Shown: one piece after another, positions 1-8,329 of the stretch
Layout of the letters: every line of letters begins with the position of its first letter
Position numbering within the stretch: position 1 is the first letter of the stretch
Virus record (IMG/VR): IMGVR_UViG_3300028438_000001
Length of the DNA stretch: 40,256 nt
From: a virus
Reading direction: 5' to 3' (one strand)
Program-made: the position numbers and the translations under genes
Notes under the pieces: generated by a model
What the model was told of the DNA's origin: nothing
The model's database searches: none
What the model saw: only the letters and a program-made list of their open reading frames with translations

Positions 1-127
1 AGGTTTTCCGAGAATTCGCCCGGACGCACCGCGCCGCTTTTCTGTACCTCAGCCGCTCGCTGGATATCGGCCAAGCGCCGCCCGGCGTCGTCCAGGTTTT
101 TCTTGAGCTGTTCCTGCTGCGCCAACC
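1..127. repeat. Terminal redundancy: identical to 40130-40256 (circular-contig overlap)
   Basis: Read directly: aggttttccgagaattcgcc...ctgctgcgccaacc occurs at both window ends. The identity stops exactly at the window edges and lies inside an ORF that continues in frame. Confidence 0.95.
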
Positions 128-476
128 AGCGCGATTGATACTTCTTCTTGACCTTCTGCTGTTGCCCGGCCTCGAACGAGGCAAGCGCCGCCTGATATTC
201 CCGTTGCGCCTGCGACAAATCCGCGTCGGTCACGCCGCCCATGCCGAGCCCATAGGAAATGAGCCCTTGAGCCGTGCGCCCGCCCGACACCCACGGCGCG
301 AACGCCTGGTCGTTCTGCTGTAGCTGCTGCCAGGTGACTTTGCTGTTGTAGTCCGCCTGGCCCCGGATATCGTTGGCGGATTGTCCCGCCGCGCTGGATG
401 CCATCGCCCCGGAGGCGAGGGAACCGCCCGCCGCAATCGCCGTGCCAGCTACCGCCGCTGTTGCTGCAAAACTCAT
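1..476 (-). CDS. Internal virion / DNA-ejection protein, 5' part of a junction-spanning gene (476->128 joins 40256->39448; about 385 aa in total)
   Basis: Hand translation from ATG 476-474: GAGG lies about 8 nt upstream and there is an ATGA overlap with the stop of 473..985. It gives MSFAATAAVAGTAIAAGG...KKKYQSRW with no stop, then LAQQEQLKK, which is the start of ORF 39448..40254. 349 + 809 nt = 386 codons. Confidence 0.75.
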   Translation of the reverse strand, partial: MSFAATAAVAGTAIAAGGSLASGAMASSAAGQSANDIRGQADYNSKVTWQQLQQNDQAFAPWVSGGRTAQGLISYGLGMGGVTDADLSQAQREYQAALASFEAGQQQKVKKKYQSRWLAQQEQLKKNLDDAGRRLADIQRAAEVQKSGAVRPGEFSEN

Positions 477-985
477 GGTAGTACCTCGAACCTCGGTGAA
501 TTCTCGCGCGCCAGATAGAGTTGATACTCCTCCATGGTCTCGGCCACATAGTCCTTCTCCAGTTCGGCCAGGAGTTCCGGTGTAACCTCCCGGATCGGCT
601 GCCGGAGCTTGTGCACCGTCAAGAACATGGTGTCGGTATGGGTGCGCAGCGCCCGCTTCGCGCCTGGCTGGGAAACGAATATGTTGTAGCCCGACATCCG
701 GTATGCGCCGGTATGGTCGAAAATGGTGATATCGCCGTACACCTGAATCGCGATATGCTCGTGCTTGTGGATCCGGCCGGTGACATCCAGCCCGGCAGGC
801 ATGAAGATTTCCCGCACGTAGCAGCCGTCCGCGATGAAATGACGGAGCGGCAGCTCAACTTGCGGCTTCTGGCCATTGATCTCCTCCAGCGCGAATACGT
901 GGGCCTGCGCCTCGCGGGTCGGGATGGCGTCGGCCAGCCGTTCACGGTGCCCAAAGCGTTCCGGGCGTTCGATGATGTCGGTCAT
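473..985 (-). CDS. Cupin-like beta-barrel protein within the virion module
   Basis: ORF track, 170 aa. TAATG junction with the upstream gene. GRIHKHEHIAIQVYGDITI resembles a cupin metal-binding motif (by eye). Confidence 0.55.
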   Translation of the reverse strand: MTDIIERPERFGHRERLADAIPTREAQAHVFALEEINGQKPQVELPLRHFIADGCYVREIFMPAGLDVTGRIHKHEHIAIQVYGDITIFDHTGAYRMSGYNIFVSQPGAKRALRTHTDTMFLTVHKLRQPIREVTPELLAELEKDYVAETMEEYQLYLARENSPRFEVLP

Positions 986-1335
986 TAGAAATGCGTCACG
1001 GTGACTCGAAAGGTTTGCGCCGCCGGATCGATCGGCGATCCGGTAATGTTCGTGGCCCGCACCGTCACGGTATCGGCGGCGCTCACGAACGCCTGATAAA
1101 CAAGTCCGGCCGTGGGCGCGGCAGGGAGTCCAAGTTCAACGCTATCGTTCGCCACGACGCCCGGCACGGTGATGGTAAGGTCCTGGTGGTTGCCGGCCGG
1201 AATGCTCGGAAAATCGAGCGTAGCCGTCTCCGTCTTGATACTGAGGAATAACTCCTGAATGCGGCTGAGCCACAGCGCCCAACGGGGGTTGGTGTTGCTG
1301 ACGGATTCTTGTAGGGGCGGGGGCGAGAGGTTCAT
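985..1335 (-). CDS. Small all-beta (Ig-like?) virion-module protein, paralog of 4076..4399
   Basis: ORF track 985..1344 starts at a GTG. The internal ATG 1335 forms an ATGA overlap with the stop of 1332..2735. Shares GV..ND.V / TAGL / SA.DT blocks with 4076..4399. Confidence 0.65.
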   Translation of the reverse strand: MNLSPPPLQESVSNTNPRWALWLSRIQELFLSIKTETATLDFPSIPAGNHQDLTITVPGVVANDSVELGLPAAPTAGLVYQAFVSAADTVTVRATNITGSPIDPAAQTFRVTVTHF

Positions 1336-2735
1336 GATACCCACAGCGTCGCGGATTTGATCGCAACTTTAACGGGGTCCGTGATGCTGAGCTTGAACGT
1401 CCGGCTGAATCCGGCCCCGAGCCTGTTCCACTTCACCCGCCGTCCATACTCGCCCATGCGCCCGATGCCGCGCCAATGTTCGTTGCCGTAGAAGTTGCCC
1501 CGGTCGTTGGACCATTGCAGCATCGCTTGCGGATCCTCGCCTTGCCCGGACTCGATGCCAACGCCCTCGTCCATGTCCATTTGCAGCGAGTGGTAGAACG
1601 TCCGCCGTCCGTCCGTTCCGAGGTGCGGAAAGATCAGTTCGCGTCGAATGGACGCGCCATCGTCGGCGTATACGTCATTTTCCAGCTTGTAGATGATGCC
1701 GTCCCGGTAGCTGCCGACCAGGTGGAAGCCATTGAAATAAGCGTACGCTTCGCCCAGGTGCCGCCCGCCTTCGAGCCCTGAAGAGCGTTCGTGCCAGCCG
1801 TCCGTGGTCAGGTCGTAAACCCAGGTTTTGTTAGCGGTCGGGAAATTCAGGACGTAGAACGTGTGGCCTTCGGAGATGTAGCTGTAGCCGGTAGCGTCGG
1901 CGATGTTGCCGTACCGCGCCCACTGGTATTCCTGCGCGTGTTTTGAGATCGGAACAACATTGCCGCCCTGGGCGTGAACCGCAACGCCCGCGCCCTGCGG
2001 CGTCCGCGCCAGCCAGAACAACGAATTGCCGGTCGCGTCGGCCTTGGCCACGCTGAACCGCGCCATGCAGCCGTACCCGCTCGTCATGCCGTCAGCCCGC
2101 TGGAACGGGAACGCGGTTCCGGCGTTGTACCAAACCTCGGTGGAAAACTCGCCAATCAGGTACAAATGGCTGTAGGTTGCATACGGCAGAACCAGGTTGT
2201 CCGGGGTGGACTCCGCCGTGGCGAAATCGAGCGCGTCCCATGTCGTTCCGTCGTAGCCGGACGAGATGTAGAACCGCCCGGAGTCGGCTTTGTTGACGAT
2301 AAAAAAGCTGTCGAGGAAGGTGACGTAATCAGCGGTCGGAAAGTCGCCGTCGCTGATCTTCGCGAACGTGTCCGTGCCGGTGTTGTAGATATAACCCGAG
2401 ACGCCATCCACTAGCATGACTTGCGTGCCGTTGTCGGCGAACGAGACGCGCCCCATGGACGTATCGAGCGTGCCGAGCGACGTTGCAACGCCAGCCGTGT
2501 TGATCTCGTACAGCGTGTTTCCGGATGCCGCGTAAAGCACGTTTCCGAACGGGTGCAGGCCACGTATCGGATAGGCGCCGAGGTTGACGAACGCGGTCAG
2601 GCCGGGCGTGCCGTACAGGGCGACGATCTGACCGTTTTGCAAAATCTCTGGGTAGAGATTGACGAAGCGCAACGCGCCTATGGCCTTCGACCGCCCGGCG
2701 TAGGGGCCGATGAAGTTGATCTGCTCAATAGCCAT
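1332..2735 (-). CDS. P22 gp10-like packaged-DNA stabilisation / tail hub protein
   Basis: 467 aa. TPGL..F, LY.v.g..LY, DFATAESTPD and STEVWYNAGTAFPFQR blocks match my recollection of the Phage_stabilise family. Position after a gp4-like gene fits. Confidence 0.6.
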   Translation of the reverse strand: MAIEQINFIGPYAGRSKAIGALRFVNLYPEILQNGQIVALYGTPGLTAFVNLGAYPIRGLHPFGNVLYAASGNTLYEINTAGVATSLGTLDTSMGRVSFADNGTQVMLVDGVSGYIYNTGTDTFAKISDGDFPTADYVTFLDSFFIVNKADSGRFYISSGYDGTTWDALDFATAESTPDNLVLPYATYSHLYLIGEFSTEVWYNAGTAFPFQRADGMTSGYGCMARFSVAKADATGNSLFWLARTPQGAGVAVHAQGGNVVPISKHAQEYQWARYGNIADATGYSYISEGHTFYVLNFPTANKTWVYDLTTDGWHERSSGLEGGRHLGEAYAYFNGFHLVGSYRDGIIYKLENDVYADDGASIRRELIFPHLGTDGRRTFYHSLQMDMDEGVGIESGQGEDPQAMLQWSNDRGNFYGNEHWRGIGRMGEYGRRVKWNRLGAGFSRTFKLSITDPVKVAIKSATLWVS

Positions 2736-3423
2736 CGAAAATCGTTCCCCGCGCTTCCGGCATCACGTCGGAGCGGGCGATAATGGGCCGATTGGCCGCA
2801 TTCAGCCGCTTGATGTTGGCCATGGCTTCGTTGGCGGTATTGATGACGTGGGCGGATGGCTCCGCGCCAAACTCCGGGGCAATCTGAAGAGCCAGATTAA
2901 AAACGATGGCGTTTTCGTAACCTGGAGGAAGCGCCAAATCAGTGGTCAGGTTCGCAAAGCTTTGAAGCGTCTGCCACGTATAGAGATAGAGTTCATACCC
3001 AGAGCCCGGTGGCGGAAACAGCCTGATCTTGCCAAGCGGGTAGGCGGTTTCGTAATAGAGGATTTCCGGCACGTAGCCTGTCGTTTGCCGGTCGCCGATC
3101 TCCGACCACGTGTCCACGCTCACGACTCTGAGCGGGTAATCGCTCGTGCCGTCGCGCACGAAAGCCCGCTCGATCCGCACGGGCCGTTCGATGGCGAAGT
3201 TCCCACCCGAGCCGATGGTATAAAGCGATTGCCCGCCGGTTAGCGTCTGCGCGGCTTCCTCCTTGATCTGATAGACCAATAGGCCGTCAATGCGCCAACT
3301 GTCGAGCATGGCATTCAGCGCGGTCAGTCCGTCGGCCGCTTCCTCGGCGGGGAGCGTTTCGCCCGACGCCGCGACTCCGCACAGCCGAAGCGAGCGGGTA
3401 ATGAGTTGCAGTGCGGTAGCCAT
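2725..3423 (-). CDS. Head-completion / tail adaptor protein (P22 gp4-like)
   Basis: 232 aa. The N-terminal LITRSLRLCGV..GETL.AEEAADGLTALNAMLDSW pattern is typical of podovirus adaptor proteins. Synteny supports the call. Confidence 0.45.
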   Translation of the reverse strand: MATALQLITRSLRLCGVAASGETLPAEEAADGLTALNAMLDSWRIDGLLVYQIKEEAAQTLTGGQSLYTIGSGGNFAIERPVRIERAFVRDGTSDYPLRVVSVDTWSEIGDRQTTGYVPEILYYETAYPLGKIRLFPPPGSGYELYLYTWQTLQSFANLTTDLALPPGYENAIVFNLALQIAPEFGAEPSAHVINTANEAMANIKRLNAANRPIIARSDVMPEARGTIFDGY

Positions 3424-3594
3424 CTAATGCATCAACGGGTCAGATTCCAGTATAACGCTTCGGCTTCCTGCCCCTGCGCTTCGGTTCAGGTAGTCGGTCG
3501 CCATCTGTTCGAGTTGCTGGCGCATGGTCATTTCCGGGGTCTGTTGCAGGCATAGCGACTCCACCAAAGCAATCAGATAGTCCAATTTGTCCAT
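3424..3594 (-). CDS. Small hypothetical protein (56 aa)
   Basis: Internal ATG 3594 of ORF 3424..3702. High third-position GC in this frame by hand count. Stop TAG abuts ATG 3423. Confidence 0.5.
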   Translation of the reverse strand: MDKLDYLIALVESLCLQQTPEMTMRQQLEQMATDYLNRSAGAGSRSVILESDPLMH

Positions 3595-3727
3595 TAAATT
3601 TGTCCGGGTTGTCGTACCAGCCTGGCTCCCATTCGTCCATCGAATGGATGATCTTCTTCCCGTGCGCCGGGTGGTAAACCCAGGACGGGAAGGTGATGTC
3701 ATCGATGTAGCCGTTACCGATTTGCAT
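3440..3727 (-). CDS. Small hypothetical protein; the 3' 150 nt overlaps 3424..3594 and looks non-coding
   Basis: ATG 3727 with GAGAG 5 nt upstream. The N-terminal part (MQIGNGYIDDITFPSWVYHPAHGKK..WYDNPDKF) has high GC3. After 3595 GC3 collapses. Confidence 0.45.
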   Translation of the reverse strand: MQIGNGYIDDITFPSWVYHPAHGKKIIHSMDEWEPGWYDNPDKFNGQIGLSDCFGGVAMPATDPGNDHAPATRTDGDRLPEPKRRGRKPKRYTGI

Positions 3728-4076
3728 AACGGCTCTCATAGCACGGCATGTGCATCGGGTCGTCCGGATGGAAGGACATCACGTCCCCGTCCATCAGGTG
3801 CCTATACGGATGCTCCTTCAAATCGCTTTCGGAATTCGTACATTTCCCGCGCAAAAATCCCGCCTTGTTTTTCTCGTGCGGCACGCGGGACAAATACCTA
3901 CAGGTATTGCAATTACGTTCGGATTCGTGGAACAGGCGCACGGATTCCTTCCGCGCCTCTTCGTAACCCGGAGCCGCCGGATACCTGGTTTTGACGCCCG
4001 GAATGACGCCTCCCGTCCATGCGACTTGATCGCCTGAAACCGTCTTTCCCGTCCAGTGGCAAACGTACGAAGGCAT
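3714..4076 (-). CDS. Hypothetical Cys/His-rich protein
   Basis: ORF track, 120 aa. TAATG junction at 4076. Confidence 0.6.
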   Translation of the reverse strand: MPSYVCHWTGKTVSGDQVAWTGGVIPGVKTRYPAAPGYEEARKESVRLFHESERNCNTCRYLSRVPHEKNKAGFLRGKCTNSESDLKEHPYRHLMDGDVMSFHPDDPMHMPCYESRYANR

Positions 4077-4399
4077 TACTCCACCGTGCCGTTAGGCAAT
4101 ACGCCCGCATCCTGCGACGGACGCGCGATAACGATCTTGTATTCCTCGGACCCGGCATTGACCGCGGTCGTGGCCGAATTCTGGAACGTAATCGCCAGCG
4201 TGTCCTTAGCCGAAATACGGGCATTGACGATGCCCAATCCTGCCGTTGCGGTCGGCTTGATGACGTTCAGCACGACATCGTTGGTCGTCACGCCCTTGAG
4301 CGTGAAAGTTTGCTCAGCACTGGTCTGCGCGTTGACAGAGGCCGGATCCATGGTCAGACGGCATACCCGGATCGATTGAATATTGGTTTGTGGAATCAT
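4076..4399 (-). CDS. Small all-beta (Ig-like?) protein, paralog of 985..1335, translationally coupled to the glycosyltransferase
   Basis: Internal ATG 4399 of ORF 4076..4651 forms an ATGA overlap with the stop of 4396..5145. 107 aa, Thr/Ser/Asn/Val-rich. Confidence 0.65.
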   Translation of the reverse strand: MIPQTNIQSIRVCRLTMDPASVNAQTSAEQTFTLKGVTTNDVVLNVIKPTATAGLGIVNARISAKDTLAITFQNSATTAVNAGSEEYKIVIARPSQDAGVLPNGTVE

Positions 4400-5145
4400 G
4401 CTACTTGCCTCATGGCTTCTTCTCGAAGCCGTAAAAAGTGTTCGGCGAAATTGCCCTTGAATTCCTTCATTCCGACGTGAACCAGATCGGCATCCGGTTC
4501 GAGCCACAGTTCGCCGCCGAGCGCTTCCCATTTCCTGGACAGCCAATAATCCTCGCCCCAGTAGCCGTTGTCCCGCTCCCCGTGCTCGAACACGGGGCGG
4601 CAGGCGCGGCCCTGGCAGTCCTTGTACTCCCGGCCCTTTTCCGCCTCCCACAGCGCTTCGACGGCCTCCCGCGTGAAGCGGATAAAGCCGCCGGAGAGCA
4701 TGTCCGCGCGGATTAATGGGCCGTCATGGATGGTGAATCCTTCGGCGTCCTCGGCTAATCGGGTGGTGAACTGGTCCCAGGCGTTTTTAACCGGATAGGC
4801 GCAGCCGACAATGGGCTTGTCGGCCAGCCACAGTTTCAACACCGTTCCCGGCTTGAATCCCATGTCGGAATCGATGAACAGCAGGTCGCTCGCGTCCGAT
4901 GACAGGAACATGGACAGCATGGAGTTCCGCGCCCGGTCGATGTAGGAATCGCCCGGCAACGGCTTGAACTCCGCCGCAAGATCAAGGTTCCTAAGCGTCA
5001 TCATCAGATTGACGAGACTTAGGGTGTATTGCAGCCACGTCGTACAGAGATAGAACGGCGTTGCCACAAAGAGCTTGCGGGACCGCAAGGGCTCCAGTTG
5101 CTTCAAAATGGCCTGATAGTCTTTCGATCCCGCGTCACTCATCAT
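4396..5145 (-). CDS. GT-A-fold glycosyltransferase-like protein
   Basis: 249 aa. ..GDSYIDRARNSMLSMFL.SDASDLLFIDSDMGF.. carries a DXD-type motif (DSD) in a context typical of GT-A enzymes. ATGA overlap with the coat gene stop. Confidence 0.6.
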   Translation of the reverse strand: MMSDAGSKDYQAILKQLEPLRSRKLFVATPFYLCTTWLQYTLSLVNLMMTLRNLDLAAEFKPLPGDSYIDRARNSMLSMFLSSDASDLLFIDSDMGFKPGTVLKLWLADKPIVGCAYPVKNAWDQFTTRLAEDAEGFTIHDGPLIRADMLSGGFIRFTREAVEALWEAEKGREYKDCQGRACRPVFEHGERDNGYWGEDYWLSRKWEALGGELWLEPDADLVHVGMKEFKGNFAEHFLRLREEAMRQVA

Positions 5146-6374
5146 TCACCCCATAGTCTGCAAGCCGTTTCCGGACGCTGGCACAGCCAGCCGTAGAGGA
5201 CATCGGCACGGCCCAGGAACACGTCGTTGTTGATGTCGTAGTCGAACACGATACGTAGCGAAATGCCGTCCATGACCGCCCGCGAGCCCATGTGCACGCC
5301 TTCCGGCAACACAAGGTCGGCGGTCGCCAGCGTGAATGAATCCTGGTGATAAACGAGGTTCTGGGTGTAGGCCGTCGCCGAACTGCCGACGAACGTCACA
5401 TCCGCGTTGTCCGCGATCTGATCGGAAGCCGCCGATACGGTCTGTCGCGCACCGCTGAAAATGATCGGCGGGTCGATGGTGATGGATGCCGTCGAACTGG
5501 TGTCCGAATTCGCGTCCGCCTTCGCAACGAACTGTTGCAGCACCGCCAAGGCCGTCTTGGTTTCCGGATTGACCGCGTAGGCTCCCTCGATGGTGAACAC
5601 GTCGCCCGCCTTGACCGCGCCGGTTTGGGACGCGCCGAAACCGTCCACGGAAATGGTGGAAGTCGATGTCGTGATCGCCCCCTTGATTTCCTTGGTTGCC
5701 GTGGAGATCGTGCCAACCATGTGACGGTTAACGTTCTGGTCCATGGTGATTTCCTTGAGGCCCAACACGTCCATGCCCATCAGTCCTTTCTTGAACTGCT
5801 TGGAGATGGTGTCGCCGTTGTGGAACAGGCCTTTCATACCGTCCACAAGGTAGGCGTTCGCGGTCGGGTTGATCGTCGCGCAACGCCGCCCGTCGCTGGG
5901 GGTATTGGTGAGGTCTAGCTTTTCCTGCGCCAGAAGCAGCGAGAGAGCGGTGCTCGGCGTGGTGCCCGGCGTTCCGACGCTGTTGTACACGTCCTTGTAG
6001 AGCGCCAAGCCGTCCGCGTCCACGGTTGCCGCCAAGACAGCCATGGCCGGTTGCAGGAAGCGTTCACGCAGATCGTCGATCTTCATGGTCAGTTCCAGGC
6101 TGGAGAATTCCAGCGGGACATGAGCCTGCGTCGAGACGGTCAGCGTTGTGTATTCCTCCACGCTGTCACGCGAGGTCGAAAGCGTTGCCGACTTGGTAAC
6201 GGCGTATTTCGGAGGCTTGCGGATGCGGAGCGTGGTGCCGATTTTGGCCCCCTTCTTCGCGAAAGAGCTGTCATATTGACGGTTTACTGTCCGCGTGAAA
6301 CCCAGGTTAGCGTGCAACACGTCCAAGGCTTCCCGCGTAATCTGGTCAATGGTAAGTAAAGTGTTGCTTGCCAT
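5142..6374 (-). CDS. Major capsid protein (P22 coat-like)
   Basis: 410 aa. The N-terminus TIDQITREALDVLHANLGFTRTVNRQYDSSFAKKGAKIGTTLRIRKP matches the P22 coat-family N-arm pattern. Follows the scaffold gene. Confidence 0.8.
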   Translation of the reverse strand: MASNTLLTIDQITREALDVLHANLGFTRTVNRQYDSSFAKKGAKIGTTLRIRKPPKYAVTKSATLSTSRDSVEEYTTLTVSTQAHVPLEFSSLELTMKIDDLRERFLQPAMAVLAATVDADGLALYKDVYNSVGTPGTTPSTALSLLLAQEKLDLTNTPSDGRRCATINPTANAYLVDGMKGLFHNGDTISKQFKKGLMGMDVLGLKEITMDQNVNRHMVGTISTATKEIKGAITTSTSTISVDGFGASQTGAVKAGDVFTIEGAYAVNPETKTALAVLQQFVAKADANSDTSSTASITIDPPIIFSGARQTVSAASDQIADNADVTFVGSSATAYTQNLVYHQDSFTLATADLVLPEGVHMGSRAVMDGISLRIVFDYDINNDVFLGRADVLYGWLCQRPETACRLWGE

Positions 6375-6379
6375 GGAGA

Positions 6380-7201
6380 TTACCTAAAACGTTCGGAAAG
6401 TTGTTTTCTCCGCAGCCTCGAGTAATCCTCCATCGAGAGATTGGGATCATCGAGGCGCGGGGTGGATGCCGAACCGCGAGCCCTGACCGGGTTCACGGGT
6501 GGCGGTGCGTTGCTAGCCTTGGGTTTGGGCGGGTCTTTCAGCTGTTGGGCTAGTTTGTCTTCCAGCTTCCCGATTTCAGCGGCCTGTCTTGCAGGCGATA
6601 GGTGCGCGATACGCTCGGCTTCATCCGGGTTTTTCGCGAGGTGATACAGCAAATTCGGGCCGATGTCGCTTTCTACAATCACGTCGAACATGATCTGCGT
6701 CATCGGCGTGTCCTGTGCGTCCTGGATCGCGTCGTCGTAATCCTGGACGGTAGCGCGGACCTTGCTTTCCGCTGCCCTGAACGCCTCCATGCGCTTGTCG
6801 GCTTCGGTCTTGGCCCTGGTTTTCTCGGATTCGGCTTTCAGCTCGTCACGGAGCCTGTTGGCCTTTTCCTCGGCTTTCCAATCGGCCAGCGCCTCGACAT
6901 AGGCGTAGTCATCCTGGAAGTCTTCCGGCTTCGGACGCGCAGCCGATGGCTCGGGCTGCCGCTCCTGCCGCTCCCTGAGCTTCGCTTCCAGTTCCTCGGC
7001 TTTCCGCTTGGCCTCGTTGGCCTCCCAGGTCAGCCGGTCGATACGTTTCTGGGCGTATTTCCGCGCTTTCTCGCGGGCCAACGCCTCGATGCGCTCCTCT
7101 TCGGAGAGTTGCACTTCGTCCTGTTGCTGCTCGTCGTTTTCCGGCGCGGCAACGTCTTGCAGGGGTTCATCCACCCCAGTGTTTAAGGTTTCGTCAGTCA
7201 T
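6380..7201 (-). CDS. Scaffolding protein
   Basis: Highly charged coiled-coil sequence (E/K/R/A-rich) between the portal region and the coat gene. ATG 7201 is preferred over the GTG at 7267, which abuts the terminator. Confidence 0.7.
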   Translation of the reverse strand: MTDETLNTGVDEPLQDVAAPENDEQQQDEVQLSEEERIEALAREKARKYAQKRIDRLTWEANEAKRKAEELEAKLRERQERQPEPSAARPKPEDFQDDYAYVEALADWKAEEKANRLRDELKAESEKTRAKTEADKRMEAFRAAESKVRATVQDYDDAIQDAQDTPMTQIMFDVIVESDIGPNLLYHLAKNPDEAERIAHLSPARQAAEIGKLEDKLAQQLKDPPKPKASNAPPPVNPVRARGSASTPRLDDPNLSMEDYSRLRRKQLSERFR

Positions 7202-7267
7202 GGGTTTCCAGCCATGGGAAGCGCGTCTCACGACGCGGTAGGGCTCGGTTAGCCACCGAGAGGGCAC

Positions 7268-7293
7268 AAAAAAACCGGCTTATCGCCGGTTTC
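7268..7293 (-). terminator. Intrinsic terminator inside the late operon
   Basis: Minus strand: aaccggc-gataa-gccggtt followed by T7, immediately after the stop at 7292-7294. Confidence 0.6.
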
Positions 7294-8329
7294 AGTTGTT
7301 CGTCTGCATGGGCGTTCGACGCGCCCGCATGCGTATTTTCATGATTGCGTCCGCTATTGAACCATCCGATGCTAAAACGCTATCGGCAGACTCCGTGATC
7401 GACGCCGCAGATCCGATAACAACGATATTGCCAGCGCCTACAACGCTATCCGCCGTCTCGGTAATGGCCGCAGTGCCGACCGATGCGCTACTCGAAACGC
7501 CGGTTGCCGTTACCGTGTCGGCTGCTTCGGTAATCGCCGCCGAGCTGATAACGATGATATTCGCCGAGCCTGCGACGGAATCGGCCGTTTCCGTGATCGA
7601 GGCCGAGCCGGACGCGCCGCTTGCCGCCGCAGCCGCCGACAAAATGATCTCCGGCCACGCCGGATAGATGATCCTCGGATGGTCCGCCGTCGCGCCGCCC
7701 GTCAGCGTGCCCATCAGCCCGCCGACAATATCGTTCGTTCGAGACGTATTCTCCAGGGGCGCGTATAAAAGCTGGTTTTTTTGGTAAACCAGCGCCGTGT
7801 AGCCCTGCCCGTACGCCTCGGCCACCCAATCCGGCACCGACTCAAGCCAAATCGCGGCTTCGGAATAATCGCCGTCAACGCCGTCCGAGGTTTCCGCCGT
7901 TTCGTGTCCGATCTGTACCGACGATGCGGAATTCTGAACACTGGCAGGACTACCCGAAAACCATGCCGTGGTCGTTGCCGCCGACCCGTTGACCCAAATC
8001 GATTGGGTCTTCGTGCCGCCTAGCCCGCCGATACGGGCCACAATGCGGTAGGTATTGCCCGCGGTCAGGTTTAACGCGGTCGTTTTTGGGCCATACAACG
8101 ACGATCCGTTGCGGACCGTGAACCCGATCTCGTCGGTGTCGACCACCTGCATCAAAAACGCGCCGAATGTAGACGACGCCCATTGATGGATGACCCGATT
8201 GTTCGTTGCGGCATTGATCGCCGAGGGCCTGAGCGTCACCGCAACCGTGATCGCCGTGGCCCCGGCTATTGAGGCTATATCGCCGAAATCGACCCTATCA
8301 TTCCCTGACCCGGCTAGGGTAATCGCCAT
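7292..8329 (-). CDS. LamG/concanavalin-like domain protein with C-terminal tandem repeats
   Basis: 345 aa. The N-terminal 220 aa resemble Laminin_G_3-type lectin folds (by eye). The C-terminus has about 4 repeats of ITE(T/A/S)AD(S/T)V...NI.VI.SAA. Confidence 0.5.
   Translation of the reverse strand: MAITLAGSGNDRVDFGDIASIAGATAITVAVTLRPSAINAATNNRVIHQWASSTFGAFLMQVVDTDEIGFTVRNGSSLYGPKTTALNLTAGNTYRIVARIGGLGGTKTQSIWVNGSAATTTAWFSGSPASVQNSASSVQIGHETAETSDGVDGDYSEAAIWLESVPDWVAEAYGQGYTALVYQKNQLLYAPLENTSRTNDIVGGLMGTLTGGATADHPRIIYPAWPEIILSAAAAASGASGSASITETADSVAGSANIIVISSAAITEAADTVTATGVSSSASVGTAAITETADSVVGAGNIVVIGSAASITESADSVLASDGSIADAIMKIRMRARRTPMQTNN
7375..7605. repeat. Imperfect tandem repeats of about 66 bp inside the LamG-like gene
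   Basis: Repeated gctatc(g/c)gc..tc(c/g)gt(g/a)at..gccgc.. blocks that correspond to the ITExADSV peptide repeats. Confidence 0.6.

Noticed and set aside
1-127. True direct terminal repeats or an IS/LTR boundary
   Set aside because: The repeat is direct, ends exactly at the window edges, and lies inside a gene that stays in frame across the junction. This is consistent with an assembler overlap of a circular contig.
49-549. 166-aa minus-strand ORF, and other long overlapping ORFs in the track (e.g. 521..988, 5346..5918, 6602..7186, 10343..11035, 12847..13503, 13235..13723, 18023..18664, 19694..20230, 29394..29957, 39602..40129)
   Set aside because: They are Arg/Gly/Pro-rich shadow frames of GC-rich genes. 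They overlap recognisable proteins on the same or the opposite strand and lack sensible starts.
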